Assembly (NCBI RefSeq): GCF_006345805.1
Contig: NC_043004.1
Coordinates: forward strand, 20,026,001 to 20,090,000
Length of the DNA: 64,000 bases
Direction of reading: 5' to 3'
Source: Octopus sinensis
Lineage: Eukaryota
Each line of letters starts with the position of its first letter. Within the stretch, counting starts at the first letter, position 1. The notes below the pieces were generated by a model that ran no database searches, was not told the origin of the DNA, and saw nothing but the letters and a program-made list of their open reading frames with translations. The translations under genes were made by a program, and so were the position numbers. Below, in pieces: positions 1 through 13,838 of this stretch.

Positions 1-1139
1 GAATTAAGCGTAGAGCTGTAAATAACCCAGGCCTTACAAGTGGAGAACATTTCAACTGCATTGGCGAAACAACTCGTTGTCGTCATGTGAAAAAGGTCCG
101 TAAACCAGTGACATCAGTAAAGAGGCCTTCTTTAAATAAAATACACGTTCAAAATCCTCTGAAATGGGTAGAAGATAACGTAATGGTCGACTTTTCAAAG
201 TTTTGTTTACGGACGAAACTGGTACTACCCTTGATGGACCTGATGGTTGGAGCAAGGGATCGGTTGTAAATGGATGAGATCGTCATCGATGCTTGAGGCA
301 CCAACAAGAGGTAGGAGGCATCATGATTTGGGTAGGTATTATAGGAGGTATTGTGGTTGGTCCTTGGAAAGTCCCTGGCGGTGCTAAAACGACTATGGAT
401 GCTTATATAACCTTTCTGAGGGAGCACTTTGAAACTTGGTTTAAAAAGTTAAGGATCACCATCAAGACAACCATATTATTCATGCAAGAAAATGCGCCCT
501 TGCACTCAACGAAGAATCCTACAAAACATCTGCAACAATTAGACTTCTGTGAACCTCGCCTACCTGAAGTGGCCTGCCTGTCCCAAAAACTTAAATCCAA
601 TAGAAAACTTGTGGAGCATTCTAAATCGACGAATTTACGAGAATGGTCACCAATTTAGGAGCAAGGATGAACTTTTTTCTGGCAATAGTAGATGTATATA
701 ATGGTATGATATCAGAGGAGATCTAGAAATTAGCATGTTCCATGGGTTAGCGACTTTTCCAACTTATTGCAAACGAAAGCTCATATATCCCTCATTAAAC
801 AGCTCACCTATTATTTTTGAACGCAGTTTATTTGTTCATTTCTATTTATTCCTTGTTTATGACTGTATGTGTTCATTTCAATATGTCATCAAACAATAAA
901 GTTGTTATTTTCATGTTTAGATGAGTTTTAATTACACCTCGTTAATAATTTAGAACAGTGAAAGTAAATATGGTAAATGGCCGTAGTGCCTGTTTTATTT
1001 TACGGAACCTCACATTTTTTACACACCACGCGCATGTAACTGTTGCGATTATTCTGTGAAAACTGTGTTGAATTTCAACGAGCAATTCTTTTCAATAAAG
1101 AAAAGAAATTTAAACTCGTTAATAATTTGAAACGCAGTG
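1..1139 (+). mobile_element. Tc1-like DNA transposon, 3' part with decayed DDE transposase (~87-797) and IR/DR-type right terminus
   Basis: Frameshifted translation gives Tc1 motifs: KRPSLNKIH..LKW, FMQENAPLH (QDNAPxH), LNPIENLWSIL. Two direct repeats, CTCGTTAATAATTT...CAGTG, at 938-960 and 1115-1139; the outer one abuts a (TG)n tract. Confidence 0.85.
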
Positions 1140-2280
1140 TGTGTGTGTGTATCAGTATATATATTGTGTAATGCTCAAAATTAGACCGTATAAATTGCGA
1201 TAATATTTCTATCTTTGACCGGAAGTGGATCGATATTTATAATAAGCGGTGTTTCAGTTTTTTTTCAACTTTGATACGGCCAGAATCATATACATGTTTC
1301 GAAATCCTTGCTTTTGGCCACCACACCTGCATAATATCTCCATGTGATATATTCCCAAATCATTTATGAGGGAAACTATATGTAATTCTTTGCGTTGTTG
1401 TCTGCAACGAAAATATTCCTATGCAATAAATTCTTAAACCTTCATTACTTATTTCCTGAGGATATACCGTCGAAACATTAAGAGGCCATCCAAAGATGTA
1501 GTCATAAACTATACAGAAATTGGATAATATTTTCCAAATTTCATGATTCAATCCTCGGATATCATCGCAACGAACTGTAAATCTATCAAAAATATTTGAG
1601 AACAATTCTTTGTATTGAGGAAACAGAAAAATATTAGATTGAATCTATTTAAATTAATTTTTCAATAATTGATTTGCGATGCATATTTTCTTGTCGTACA
1701 TTCTACCGAAGGTATTTTTGATTGAAACATTGATTTTAATATTTTGAAACAACTTCACAATTGGAATATATAGGAAATGCAGCGAGCTGTTACGAAAGAC
1801 TTTAGATATATACTGTTGAAAGGAGTTTAAAATCTAATATTCACTGTATATATCTGATATTTCATACATTTATATCTTGAGTGGTCTACGAAATAAATTT
1901 AGGAGCAATTCTTTTCAATAGAGAAAAATTAACTCTTTTTATATTCTGTTGTATTATACATATGTTTGCTTTATTCTGCTCTAATAGATATAGCATTCGT
2001 ACAACTTTCAAAAGGTTACATGTTTATGGAGGAGTTCACTTATGCTGAAAGATACAGGAACTGTATATATTTCTTTTGCTTCACCATATACTAAATCAGC
2101 AAATTTAGAAATTTATTGCATTTTCTTATAATATATTTTAATTTGAAATACATGTAAATAATCTCTGAAAAGCAAATAGAAGTGGTGATATTTTAAAAGC
2201 ATTTAGCCATTATAAGATTCATTACAAAGTCAATGTAAATAAAATATAAGTAGGGATATGCCAATAGCATTACACACATT

Positions 2281-2440
2281 TGTATGCCTACATAAATACA
2301 TTCATACATGCATACATGCATGCATGCATACGTACATCTATAGATGCATACATACGTACATACACACATATATATGCATACACATACATATATATGCATA
2401 CATACAAACAGGCACACACATATGTATATATGTATGTATA
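2281..2440. repeat. Mixed (TACA)n/(CA)n/(TA)n microsatellite
   Basis: Visible in sequence; explains ORFs 2193-2531. Confidence 0.9.
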
Positions 2441-3039
2441 TCCATTATATGCAACAGAAGCAGGAAGCAACTGCAATTTAACACAAGATCATAAGTATGA
2501 GACGTTTCGCGGGCAAGGGATGTTCTCTTAACGAGACCAACTCTTATGACCCTAGAATGATCAAAGTTTTGTGTATAAGTGAACTTTTATTATACCCTAT
2601 AAATGGCATAAACATTGTACCTCTTCGATAGTAATGAGCATTTTTAATATTCACGTCGGACGAGAAACAAAGAAGTTTGATGTTATTGAAAAACAGTTTA
2701 TAAAGAGTTGCAAATCACTTATAGATCTTTTTCTGATTTACTTTACCATTATCAACATCTTCAAGAAGAAAGAAAAAATACTTGGATACCTGTGTGATCA
2801 AAATACTGGCACTTCCTAAACTACATAATATCTTGGAACCAAGACAGAAGGCGTGTACACATAACTTAGATGATGAGAGGGAAAAGCATTAGCACAGACC
2901 ATCAATGGAACAAGATAAAATCACCATACCCTTTAAAATAACAGCGGATAATAATGTAACAGTTTTTCTTCAGAATGATATTATTAGGGCTCTGTAATAG
3001 TGGGGAAAACGGAGAGAGCCAGGAAGTATGGATGCAAAA

Positions 3040-3890
3040 TGGTCTTCACTTTACTTAACAGTGCTTTGGAAACAAGAAGACATAAAGATTGGTTTGATTT
3101 CAAAGATATTACTATTGATTCAGCGTTAGAACAACACAATCAAGTACCAGAAGTTTCGTTCCCGGTCCCTAACACTCTGTTAAATTTAGAGAAATCAGGC
3201 GGAGATTGTGTCATAAAACTGCAATACGAAGTTAGAGTGGGGTTAGTGGAAACAAAACGATAGAGCTGAATGTCGTTGCTGATTCAATGGTGTACAGAAG
3301 TTCTTTGCCGGACTAAGGGATGCACGTGGACCTCAGTAGAAACTAAGATCAGCTGAAAAATTAACACCATTCCAGGAGAATGGACACTTACATTACCACT
3401 TTGCAGAGCAGTTCCACTAAACAATCAATGCGCTAGAGCAGGTCGAGTGTAGTCCCTGATGCATGTAAAACACCAAATTAGGGATGTTTCTGTAAATGAC
3501 CCGCCAAACATGTGAGATATCTTAGCTAGTTGACACGAGAATCATGTGGTTCACTGCCGTTGTGTCGTACGACAGAAAAGAGGCTAGCATCATCCCTATG
3601 AGAAGAAGGATCCAATGAATGGTGTTTGAAAGTCTATAGTAACTTTTTTGCTTCGAGAAGAACTTTACAAGTGTTTTGCTCAATATGCAGAGGGAAAAGT
3701 ACACGGGAGATCAACTTGAAACTCAATATGGCTTCAGAAGAAGAGGCACTATAGATATAGTGTATTACTAGCTAGCGTCAGGTCCAAATGAAAATGTGGC
3801 AGACAACAAGACATAGCTTTTGGTCTTTGTTAATTTCAAGAAGGCATTAGACACCATAAATTGGTCGTACCTGTCGCAGATACTGGAAAC
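3040..3890 (+). mobile_element. Decayed RTE-like LINE ORF2 fragment
   Basis: ETRRHKDWFD at ~3070; EASIIP..KKG-like segment at ~3580; RT motif LVFVNFKKALDTINWSYLSQILE at ~3820-3890 (cf. FVDFxKAFDTV). Many stops and frameshifts. Confidence 0.7.
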
Positions 3891-4159
3891 ATGTGAGTGC
3901 TCGGCTCACTCGTGCATTCAGACCCCAACTCAATTGTTTAATGTTATAATATAAAGCAAGAAGAGATGTTTCAGTGCCAACATTATTCTACGCTATATTT
4001 TACGGGATTAAAAATAGACATAAAGAACTGGACCACTACATTTTAGGACCTAATCTAGTAAAAAGTGACTTACTTTTGGTATTATGACACGTGACTGTGT
4101 ACATGGAATACATTTTGCTGATATTGACGGAAAGACGGTGAGGATAATTGTTAATGAAA

Positions 4160-4161
<2 letters not shown>

Positions 4162-4190
<29 letters not shown>

Positions 4191-4285
4191 CGAAGATGAT
4201 GATGATGATGATGATGATGATTGTGGTGATGAGGGTGGTCTTGGTGGGTGATGTTGGGGTTAATGGTGGTAGGGATGATGATCAC
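4162..4285. repeat. (ATG)n microsatellite with degenerate tail
   Basis: Visible in sequence; explains the poly-Met ORF 4148-4393. Confidence 0.95.
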
Positions 4286-6639
4286 GATGATAGTGATGAG
4301 GAGAACGCGCATACACAAGATGCAATGTACAGATTGGACATTTGTGACAGAATTTTAGCTTTAAATAAATTTTCTCACAATAACGTCTCCTAACGATATT
4401 AACCTCTGTCTCGCTTCTAAGGAGAAAACTTCCAATTATATCAATACAATATATGATCGTCGCTCATGAATACAGCGGTGTTTTCAAGTTCAGTAACAGG
4501 GCATGAAACCAATTAATTTATATCTGAACGTTCTAGAGAAAATGCAATCAATAAAATCACACTTCCCGTACAATTTCGCATATATAAATATATGCGGGGC
4601 TTTAATTGCATTCTCAAGCATAGACACAAATCCAGATACATCCCGATAGTAAAAAAGAAAAAAAAAACAAATGCAGTCATACCTACAAAATTGGTCAATT
4701 TGAAACGGTATTCATAAAACACACAACAAGAAAAACAAGTAGGGTATTCTTAATCGCACATAATGGAGGATGGGGCTTAACAGAACGATACTGCATGGTA
4801 AATTCTTAGTTGTGTATTGTATTCATGAGCGACGATCATATATTGTATTGGTATAATTGGAAGCCAATACAAGAAGATAAGTACAATAAAGAAAAATGAA
4901 TTTACATGTAAAGAAAAGCATAATCAAACATGAAACTAATACCGAAATTAATTTAGATAAGAAAAAAACGCCTGAAATTTTTGAAATGCAAAATACAGAA
5001 TCAAAATGAACTTGTTCGATATTTGTTGCCTTGCTGACAGTAAGAAGGTAAAATTTGTAGCGCAAATTTTTTGCCCGCCTGAAATGCAACCTTTAACAGA
5101 AAATATAGTCAATTGAAATACAAAGTCTTTGAAAGCATTAGAAAGTTGATATTGTTTCTATTCTCATTTTCGGGAAACTAAGTGATATGTTAGGTGCCTT
5201 TTAAGTGAGTAAAATTACTGAAATTTTCTATTTTAAGTTTAATATGTAATCATTTCGTATTGTTAAACTCAAAACATATTTTTAAAATATTATACGAACT
5301 CGGTACATAAATTATTCAATATTTACATTTACTTAAATAATACGTCCATAAACAAAACACCGAGAAAATGTCCGTAACACACCAGCGAGTCATCTGACAA
5401 CTAGTTGAGCATCATACAGAAGGTGACCAATTACATCATAAGGAGATATGTCGGAATTAGGAACTCGAAGGAGGAATGGGTACTCCATCCGAACTTCAAC
5501 AATGTAACAAGCACAATTCGACATATTGTACAAATTGGAGTAGCAGGAAATTTTTGCCCATTTTAAATAAGAAATAAGTTATATTCATTGTGCTTTTCAT
5601 TGACTCAAAAACAATTCTCTATTCAGTATTATGCATATTTATGAAAGGCTTAATTATCTAGTTGTTCTCTGCAATTGAATAATTGAAATACGTTTAAATT
5701 CTCTACTGACTGAATGTTTCATGAAATCAATTTTCTCCTTTCTTGAAATATTTACGGTTATTTATTTTCGCTGGCGTGTGAGAGAAAAAACTTTGACAAA
5801 AAAATAAAATACACACCTTACTTTAACTTTCATTGCATATGTAAATACCGATTCTCTGCGTTCAAAATCCGCCCAGGATAAAAGAGTACAAATATAGGGG
5901 TCTGGAATAGCGAAACTGAAATAGTAATGGACAATAAGTTATATGATATTTGTTCCCTGTCTTCGCTTTCTGATTTCAAATCCCTCAACGACCTACTCGG
6001 GTGGTAGGTGCGATCTGTCATCCGGTCTAATGCGTCCATATTCTACTTTGGGTCCTCAGTGGTGTCGTGGAGATTTCTTTCACTCAGTTAAAATTTTTTT
6101 AAACTTACACCGAAAATTGTCTAGGCCAAAAATTGCATAGAAGTATAAAACGATTATAATTATATAGTACATGCGCAGTTTACCGTTGCAGTAATAATCT
6201 TTTACTATTTTTGTACTTATTTGTGGCTAAGTATATGAATTTCTGTTTTTGACCGGAGAATGTTGAGCTATTCTTAGCTTTCACTCGGGCTTACGTTGTG
6301 ACTGTAAAATCTTTGTTCTCGCCTATCACTAGAACTAGATCTAGTGGTAAACAGAGAGGCACACGAATGAACTGAAAGATACTGCTCTTTTAATATAGTT
6401 TTTCAAAATATATTGAAAAGAACGTGCAAAGAAATATCACACCTTCCCAAGATCGGGCAAGACCTTACAACGACAAAGTATGCTCGAAAGGTAACAATAG
6501 TTTAAATTCTCCTATTCAAAAAACAGAGGCAAAAATAAGCACAAAAAATAGTAGATGATGATTGCACCCACAGTAAACTGTGCACGTAGTATATAGTTAT
6601 AATCATTTCTTTCTACTATAAGCACAGGGTTTGGAAGTT

Positions 6640-6790
6640 TCGGATTTGGGGCTACTAGATTACAGAAACCCCAGTGCTCAACAGGTACTTATGTTAACGA
6701 CTCCGAAAAGATGAAAGGCAAGGTCAACCTCGGAGGAATTCTAACTCAGTAAGTAACGCCGGATGAAATGCCGCTAAGCAGGCCATTAAT
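6640..6790 (-). mobile_element. tRNA-derived SINE family A, degraded
   Basis: Matches the better copies at 17399-17981 and 18621-18851 (GATGAAAGGCAAGGTCAACCTCGGAGGAATT). Confidence 0.75.
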
Positions 6791-6900
6791 TCTGTCAACT
6801 CGCTGTTCCACAAGAAGATATAAAACTGAAGACAATATACAATTATTACCAGATATAACAATCAAGAACTGGACATAAACAAAATCTAATAGTAGTCGCA

Positions 6901-6921
6901 ATCTCTCTCTCTTTCTCTTTT

Positions 6922-7001
<80 letters not shown>

Positions 7002-7002
7002 T
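6901..7002. repeat. (CT)n/(TTTC)n microsatellite
   Basis: Visible in sequence. Confidence 0.95.
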
Positions 7003-9095
7003 CAAAAGAATTGCATGAACGGAACTGGAAAAATACCCAAATGCAAAGAATATACAAGATGTAGGGTCTCAAATTAAAATCAGTAGAATTTTATGCTCTA
7101 CATAAATCAATTACTTTGACAAGTTTTATAGAAGAAATGCAAAAATAATTAGCAGTAGGTTAGAATATATCATTCATAACAGGTCGGCTGTTGGGATGGT
7201 GGAAATTATTGATTATCGTTGATTTTTGTTTTTGTTTTTAAATTCTATAATATTGAACAAGGCATTAATTAGCTTTAAATATTTAGTGAGATATAATCTA
7301 TAAAGAAATGCTCGGTTGAATTTATATCATTGTACCACAAACGAATGAATCATTTATGGAATGCTGTCAGAACAGAGAATCCAAGCCGTACGAAATTTAC
7401 TCATTCCCGGTGCCGTTCTGGAAGATACGAACGTGAATAACTGATCGCTTCAATTTATTTATCGGAGAACTCTTCCTCTTTCCAGGCGATGTGCACCCAC
7501 AAAGCACATGATTCACCGGTCTAAGGGGACTTAGATATACGGTGGTATATCAATCCTATTGTGTACCTCATCAGCCAAAGACTGATGAATCCAACTGATA
7601 AATCGCAAAAGTGCACGAGCCCTTGAAAAGAACCAGCAAACACACTACATTCTGGGAACACATCGCCCAGAGAGAAGAGTTGTTCTCCAATGACTGAAAA
7701 CATAAGTGATCAGATCTTAACGATTGGATATGGCAACGTATTAAAACGGTATAGATATATTAATGGTAAATGAATGAAATTGACATTAGATACGCGTGCA
7801 GTGCATTAGTATGTAGTTTAACTTTAAAAACCGAAAAACAAAAAAAATACTTCAAAAGAATAATCAATTTTTTCTACTTAATGAATATTTATAGTTCTAA
7901 TAAGGTCAAATAATTACCTTCGACTTAGACACGCAAAGGTAAAAAGAGTCACTAAATATGATAATATGATCTTAAGATTGTGTAATGATGGACCCTGCTT
8001 GATCCTCTGACACAGACATACACCCCAGTTATCTTTCCACGCGATGAATGTCAAAAAAGCTAATTAATTAGTATATTTTGAAGTTCTTTCTGCTGTTTAA
8101 TGACAGACACTGGCTAAATTCATTGATGATTCGTGACAACTGTTCGTTAGTTATAGACACCTTTGCAGAATGTTTTAACCAGGTGGCCTATAGTTCATGT
8201 TTTAATTTAAGTCACGAATAGTATTTCTATGATAATCAATCCTTCTTTCGGTGTGTCTGTATGTGTGTGCGTGTATGTGTGTGTGTGCGTGTATGTATGT
8301 GTGTGCGCGTGTGTGTGTAGACTTATTTTAAGTTATTTATGTTGTGCTTCGGTAGATTTATTTTACTAGTAGAAGGATATGCAATGGTTGTAAGTCACTT
8401 TGCATAACTAATTAATTAGTTGGTGAATTAACAAACAAATAACTTGCAGCCAATACGTGTATTTTTATTGGCAGAATGACTCTCCATAAATACAATAATA
8501 TCTATTCACGCGTAGCGCGTAGTTTAATATCATATCAGTTGCGAAATAAATATAGAAGGATCATTTTGTTGCACGTAAACAAATACGCACATAAATATGG
8601 AAGCCCCATCTAATAAGCACTTACCCTATTATTACAGTCCATGACCACCTTTCAAATTAAGCCTTCATAGTTTTATTTACACAGAATTGGTTCTTAGCCA
8701 CATATGGCTGTTAAAGTGGGCGATGTTTGCTTGTTAAGTCTTATACTCATTTGTCTCGTATAAGCGAGGAAAATTGATTTTTGTATCTAAGTGAATATAA
8801 GATGAAGGCATATTCTTGTCTCTAAGAGCAGCCATGCGAAACATATATTTCTTTCATTAGAATCTACAAATTTCCTAAATACGTTTCATGCCGTATTTAG
8901 ATGTACGTTTCGCATTAATTCCCAGGCGAAATGAAATTATTCATCTTTAACATTTTTCAATATGGCAGTACAGTTAGAACACTGTTTATACAACTGGGAA
9001 CCCACAAGCAAAAAAAGTTGTCATCTTAATCATACAATGTTTTCTCTGGGTTAATGGAAAATATATTAATAAATAATTATAGAGATTACTTTTGA

Positions 9096-9154
<59 letters not shown>

Positions 9155-9705
9155 TACCATATTATATTATATACATACATGTAAATATTGAATTTCTTTT
9201 TTGTTTTGTTTCTACCTTGACCGTTGTTCCTAAGGGATTGATGGAATTTTCATACCTGCCACACGATTCTAATTTCATTTAAGTTTAGCAAAACTAAGAA
9301 AAGTATTCTTAAGCGACATTAATGTATGACTGTCTCCATCAAAAGCATCACAACGGGATTCTCATATTTCTAATTTCCTCACCTTCATAGAAACCGAAGG
9401 AAGATTACTTACACATCGTAGTAATATATTTTATGATACCTTAGCGTCATCTAATGAATTACACATAGTATTTATTTAATCCTTTTGTATTATCATATAC
9501 GCATGTTTCTCTCAAACATTATAATTGCTTACAGCGGTATATAGTGTATAGTTAAGTTATGGCTTCAAAGAATCAATGAATGGATAATATCAATGGAATG
9601 ATGAGACTTGAATCAACTTCATTTTTAATTCTTATAAGTGAATCCGTAAGAAAAGGGATATAATTCCTATCAGAACTCTTTTACGTTCGAACACAGAAAG
9701 AAAGT

Positions 9706-9930
9706 GGAGGCGCGTGACTTATTTGTGAGGCTGTTGGACTCATCGTCGTAAGATTGTGGTTTCGGTTTCTGGAACGAATGACACGATGTCTTCTTGAACT
9801 AAACACTTCATTTCATGTTGTTCAGTTCACTGAGCTGGCAAAGGTAAGTAATCTTATTTCCGGTGAGAAGTATATAGGCCACGGAAACCGGGAAACCGGC
9901 CCCTTAAGTCTATAGGATTTGGAAAAGATT
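9706..9930 (+). mobile_element. tRNA-derived SINE family C, degraded
   Basis: GGAGGCGCGTG head, B-box-like GGTTTCGGTTTC, body TCTTGAACTAAACACTTCATTTCA similar to the copy at 30292. Confidence 0.7.
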
Positions 9931-10404
9931 GTTACTCATTTTTTGCACTTTAGAAAACCAAAATTAATATGTGGATAATTCCTACACATGCAGATATGTG
10001 TACACACTTGCAAAAACGCATAAATGCACCTGCATATGCATACATACATACATATTCTCAGAAACACGTTTACATACATATATGTAAACACACGCATGCA
10101 CCACAAACACAAACAGACACCATTAAAAATCACACATACATATTCACACACACAAGCACACACACATACACACACACATTCATAGAAACATATGCATTTT
10201 GCATTATGTATTAAAATTAGTTCAAACGAAGAAGACTATTTGCGTATGCACATAAGAAGCATTGAACACCAAAAATTAATCTTGGAATTTCCTTTTTTTA
10301 AGCATCTCGTTTCGAGCGTTTCGACCTCAAGTCTTTATCAACTTTGTGACTGATTGACGATATGCAGGCGTATCGAAATATGCGAATGAATTTGATAGAG
10401 GGAA

Positions 10405-10438
<34 letters not shown>

Positions 10439-10449
10439 GGATGTATCGC

Positions 10450-10690
10450 ACATTCGACGTACGATATGAGTCAGACGGGTGGATGATGAACCATCGCCAA
10501 CAGATCCGTGACAAAAGAATCAGGAAAATTTCTTTAAGCAGTCACAATGCAACCTGTGCAAGAAGACTTCAACAAAAAATCTTCACATGTTCTTGTCCTT
10601 CAGGCAGCAGATAAACTCTTTTACTTCAATTTTGTATAAATTTTTACTGATATAAGGTTAGATTCATCGAAACCGGTAATATTTTTCTTA
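10450..10690 (+). mobile_element. Penelope-like element 3' fragment (GIY-YIG end plus terminal repeat with hammerhead remnant)
   Basis: MNHRQQIRDKRIRKISLSSHNATCA resembles the HRQHI segment after the YIG motif at ~47860. Followed by CTGATAT...GAAAC-CG-GTA at 10647-10678. Confidence 0.65.
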
Positions 10691-10816
10691 TATGATTTTA
10701 AAATCATTTTTATTAAATTTCCTCTTAAATTGAAGTGTCGTTGTCTTACTTATGTACTATTTCCACCTCCATCTTTTATATAAAAATTTGATTTGTATAG
10801 GTCTCTTATCCTTTTC

Positions 10817-10856
<40 letters not shown>

Positions 10857-11103
10857 GGTGGGGGTGCGTGTGTGTGTCTGTGTGTGCGCATGTGTGTGTC
10901 TGAGTGTGTGTGTGTATGTGTGTGTGTGTGTCTTCCACTATAACTTCACAGCTTTTGTTGGTTTGTTTATATCTCCGAAACTTGGCAGCTCGGCAAAAAC
11001 CACAATACAATAGATTCCATGCTTAAAAAATAAGTACTAGTAGATTTGTATATACATACCGCGCGCGCACACACACATATGTATATGTGTAAATATGTAT
11101 GTA

Positions 11104-11144
<41 letters not shown>

Positions 11145-12532
11145 TATATATATATTATGACGCAAGTTGCAATCATTTCATATATATATATATATATATA
11201 TCTGTATTTATGTGCCTATCTGGTATATTCAACTGAAGAAGGCAGAGCTTCTCCGAAGTAAAGCCAGAAATCCAGGATCTTGAATTATCCAGTAAAATGT
11301 TTTTGGGTAGTTTATTTTGTCTCTCTGTCTTCTCTCCTGGCGTGATATGGACATTCAAGGTGGTTTTAGGGTCAGGGTTTTGACTGCTATTTCAGCATGG
11401 TGGTATCTCTCAGATACCCTAATTTATAGTTTTAAATAATTATAACCTTTCCATGGTATTTATTCCCATGCTGGCCACATGATAAGATCGATATTTAAAT
11501 ATTGATATTATCCTTATTTATATATATATATATATATATTGTAGCACATCCCACAACTTATCACGCTACCATGTTACTCCGAAGGAATACATAAATATTC
11601 CCAATTAATCTTCTTGTCAATAGAGTAGACCTTGTGAAGTAAAACAGTTGTATAATGTAACTGGGTATGGTTTAAATTGATTTACGTAGCAATGAAATAA
11701 TTACAACGTATTATGACGCAAGTTGCAATCATTTCATAGTTACATTTCAGTACTATAATCAAATACGAATGTAGCAAAAAGAGGCGGTTTAATATCACTA
11801 CACATGTTACAGTAATGTCGTCATTTGTTAAACAATGCCTTTTACATACAGATAAAGAATTTTACATCATTGCATAACCACTTCCTTTCGTCAGGCAATA
11901 TCCGATCTTTTCGTCGATAAGATCAGATCAAGTCATGAAGATAAATGTATTTGTAAATATAAGTATATTGAAAGCTAGATTCATTTTAGAAAACAAGGCT
12001 TCTCAAAAGGGGGAGGAGATATTTGGAATAAACCAATGAAATAATCGCATTTGCAAAAGTTGCAATATTGGTGAATGCAGGTGATGAATGTGTGGTCATA
12101 TTACCGTAACTCATTCCATACGAGGACATTCTACATCCGAAATTTAATCAGGGAATTTTCTGGCAATATATCATTCGACTGTCAACAGCGTAACCTCACA
12201 GGTTGGTTTATATAACTAGTGGTCATAATTGACGTCAATATTCTGACAATGTCGTAACGGCAATTAATGTATACCGATTAGAATGCTTATTGTACGCAAA
12301 AAAGTGCACAAGCTTGTCAACAAGAGAGACATGAATATAATGAAGACACAAAGGTTTAAATAAATAGTAGTACAAATTAAATTAATTCACCAATATGGTT
12401 ATTCAATTACACGGAGGAGAATTTTCTGTTGAAAGTGCAGAAAAGTGGTAAAATCACAGATTAATAGTATCTTTCTCATTTTCTTCTCTTCCTCATTCTT
12501 CAACTTGTTGTTGTTGCTGTTGATGTTGTTAA

Positions 12533-12680
12533 GGCAGACTCGTTAGCACACCAGACAAAATGCTAAGTGGTATTCGTCTGTTTTTACGTCCTGAGTTCAA
12601 GTTCTGCGGAGGTTGACTTTGCCTGTTTTTTTTTTATTACTTTCGGTGTCAATAAAATAGTTATCAGTTGAGTATTGTAT
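12533..12680 (+). mobile_element. SINE family A, degraded
   Basis: GGCAGACTCGTTAGCAC head; B box GAGTTCAAGTTC; GAGGTTGACTTTGCC. Confidence 0.75.
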
Positions 12681-12854
12681 CTCATTTAATAAGGAACACT
12701 CCCTACCACTACAGACACATTTCAAACTTTGTCCCTATATTGGAAGTGTTTATTATGAAAGCGATCAGCTGGCAGACCGGCACCACGTGGGACAAAATGT
12801 ATAGCGGTATTAAATCCACTGAGGTAGTGTTCATGCTTACCATCCAAATGACGC

Positions 12855-13212
12855 TTGAGCACAAATATAAGAATCCCAAAATACCCATAATGACTACCCG
12901 TCTGATAAGGGTAGACCTGGGACATAACTTCACAACTATATGCACACGATATATTCACCTCATATTGAGATAAACAGCGCATGTACTTGCAGGTGGGACC
13001 CAGTTAGAATTTCGTACAAGTGGAGTATCCCATTTCACTTCAAAAAGTCCCTGACCATGGATTTTTTAAGGATGATAAACGAAACACCTATCTCTTTCCA
13101 AAGGTGAATTATTCAAACCAGAAATAATTCCTCTCAGCACATGGCTTTGTTGCTCTTCTATTACATCTACTCTAGATCAGAGATGCACATATCGTCAGCC
13201 ATTACGGAACAT
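12855..13212. repeat. Unclassified interspersed repeat, copy 1
   Basis: Aligns to 13285-13650; shares ATGACTACCCGTCTGATAAGGGTA and GATCAGAGATGCACATATCGTCAGCC-like blocks. Confidence 0.75.
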
Positions 13213-13217
13213 GATCG

Positions 13218-13250
<33 letters not shown>

Positions 13251-13269
13251 GAGAGAGAGAGCAGCGCAC

Positions 13270-13805
13270 GCTATCGAAGTAACACTGGAGTAAAATATAT
13301 GGAGCCCACTATACCCACTATGACTACCCGTCTGATAAGGGTAAACAGGCACATGCATCACAATCATATATGCGCGACATGCTGATATCATATGAAGATA
13401 AAAAGCGCATGACCTCGCAAGTGGGCCCAGTTAAAATTATCTTCATGTTGAGTAGCCCATCCCACTGAAAAGGTCTCTGAATTAGGGTTGTTTAATGATG
13501 TTGAACGACGCACCCATGTTTCGAATTATCCAAACCCCTATCTAAGGTGAATTATCCAAACCCCTAAGAATTCCTTTCAACACATGGCTATGATGCTCCC
13601 CCAACTTCTGCTCCTGATCAGAGTTGCACTATCGTCAGCTACTAAGGGACACGCTCAAATAGTTAGGGTCAAGCAACTGAACAAAATTTGTGGTATTGAG
13701 TAGAATATTTGTTGTAGCCCATCTTTCATACCAAGACAAATCAATGTACATGATAATATATCCAATCAGTTAAGATCAGAAACCCTTAGAGGCACTGCCT
13801 GGCAC
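13270..13805. repeat. Unclassified interspersed repeat, copy 2 (longer)
   Basis: Same blocks as copy 1, separated from it by an (ATT)n tract. Internal short duplication of GAATTATCCAAACCC near 13523-13563. Confidence 0.75.
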
Positions 13806-13838
13806 AGTATCATCATCATCATCATCATCATTATTATT

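Noticed and set aside
1080-1935. 18-bp match GAGCAATTCTTTTCAATA at 1080-1097 and 1903-1920
   Set aside because: Probably a stray piece of the Tc1 terminus or an AT-rich coincidence; no element boundaries could be defined.
5830-6039. Minus-strand ORF with a DREQ..YNL segment reminiscent of a cadherin repeat
   Set aside because: Other cadherin motifs (DxD, DxNDN) are absent, the ORF is short, and no convincing splice context was found.
7525-7770. Plus-strand frame containing INPIVY (GPCR NPxxY-like) with one internal TGA
   Set aside because: No hydrophobic TM7 precedes the motif, and the good acceptor at 7485 hits stops in all three frames; probably chance.
10305-10385. Hammerhead-like fragments here and at ~2490-2530, ~46470-46510 and ~53140
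   Set aside because: Too many core changes or missing halves to support a call.
11960-12200. Short minus-strand frame MSSYGMSYGNMTTH..LVF
   Set aside because: Under 50 aa, no homology recognised, no supporting exon structure.
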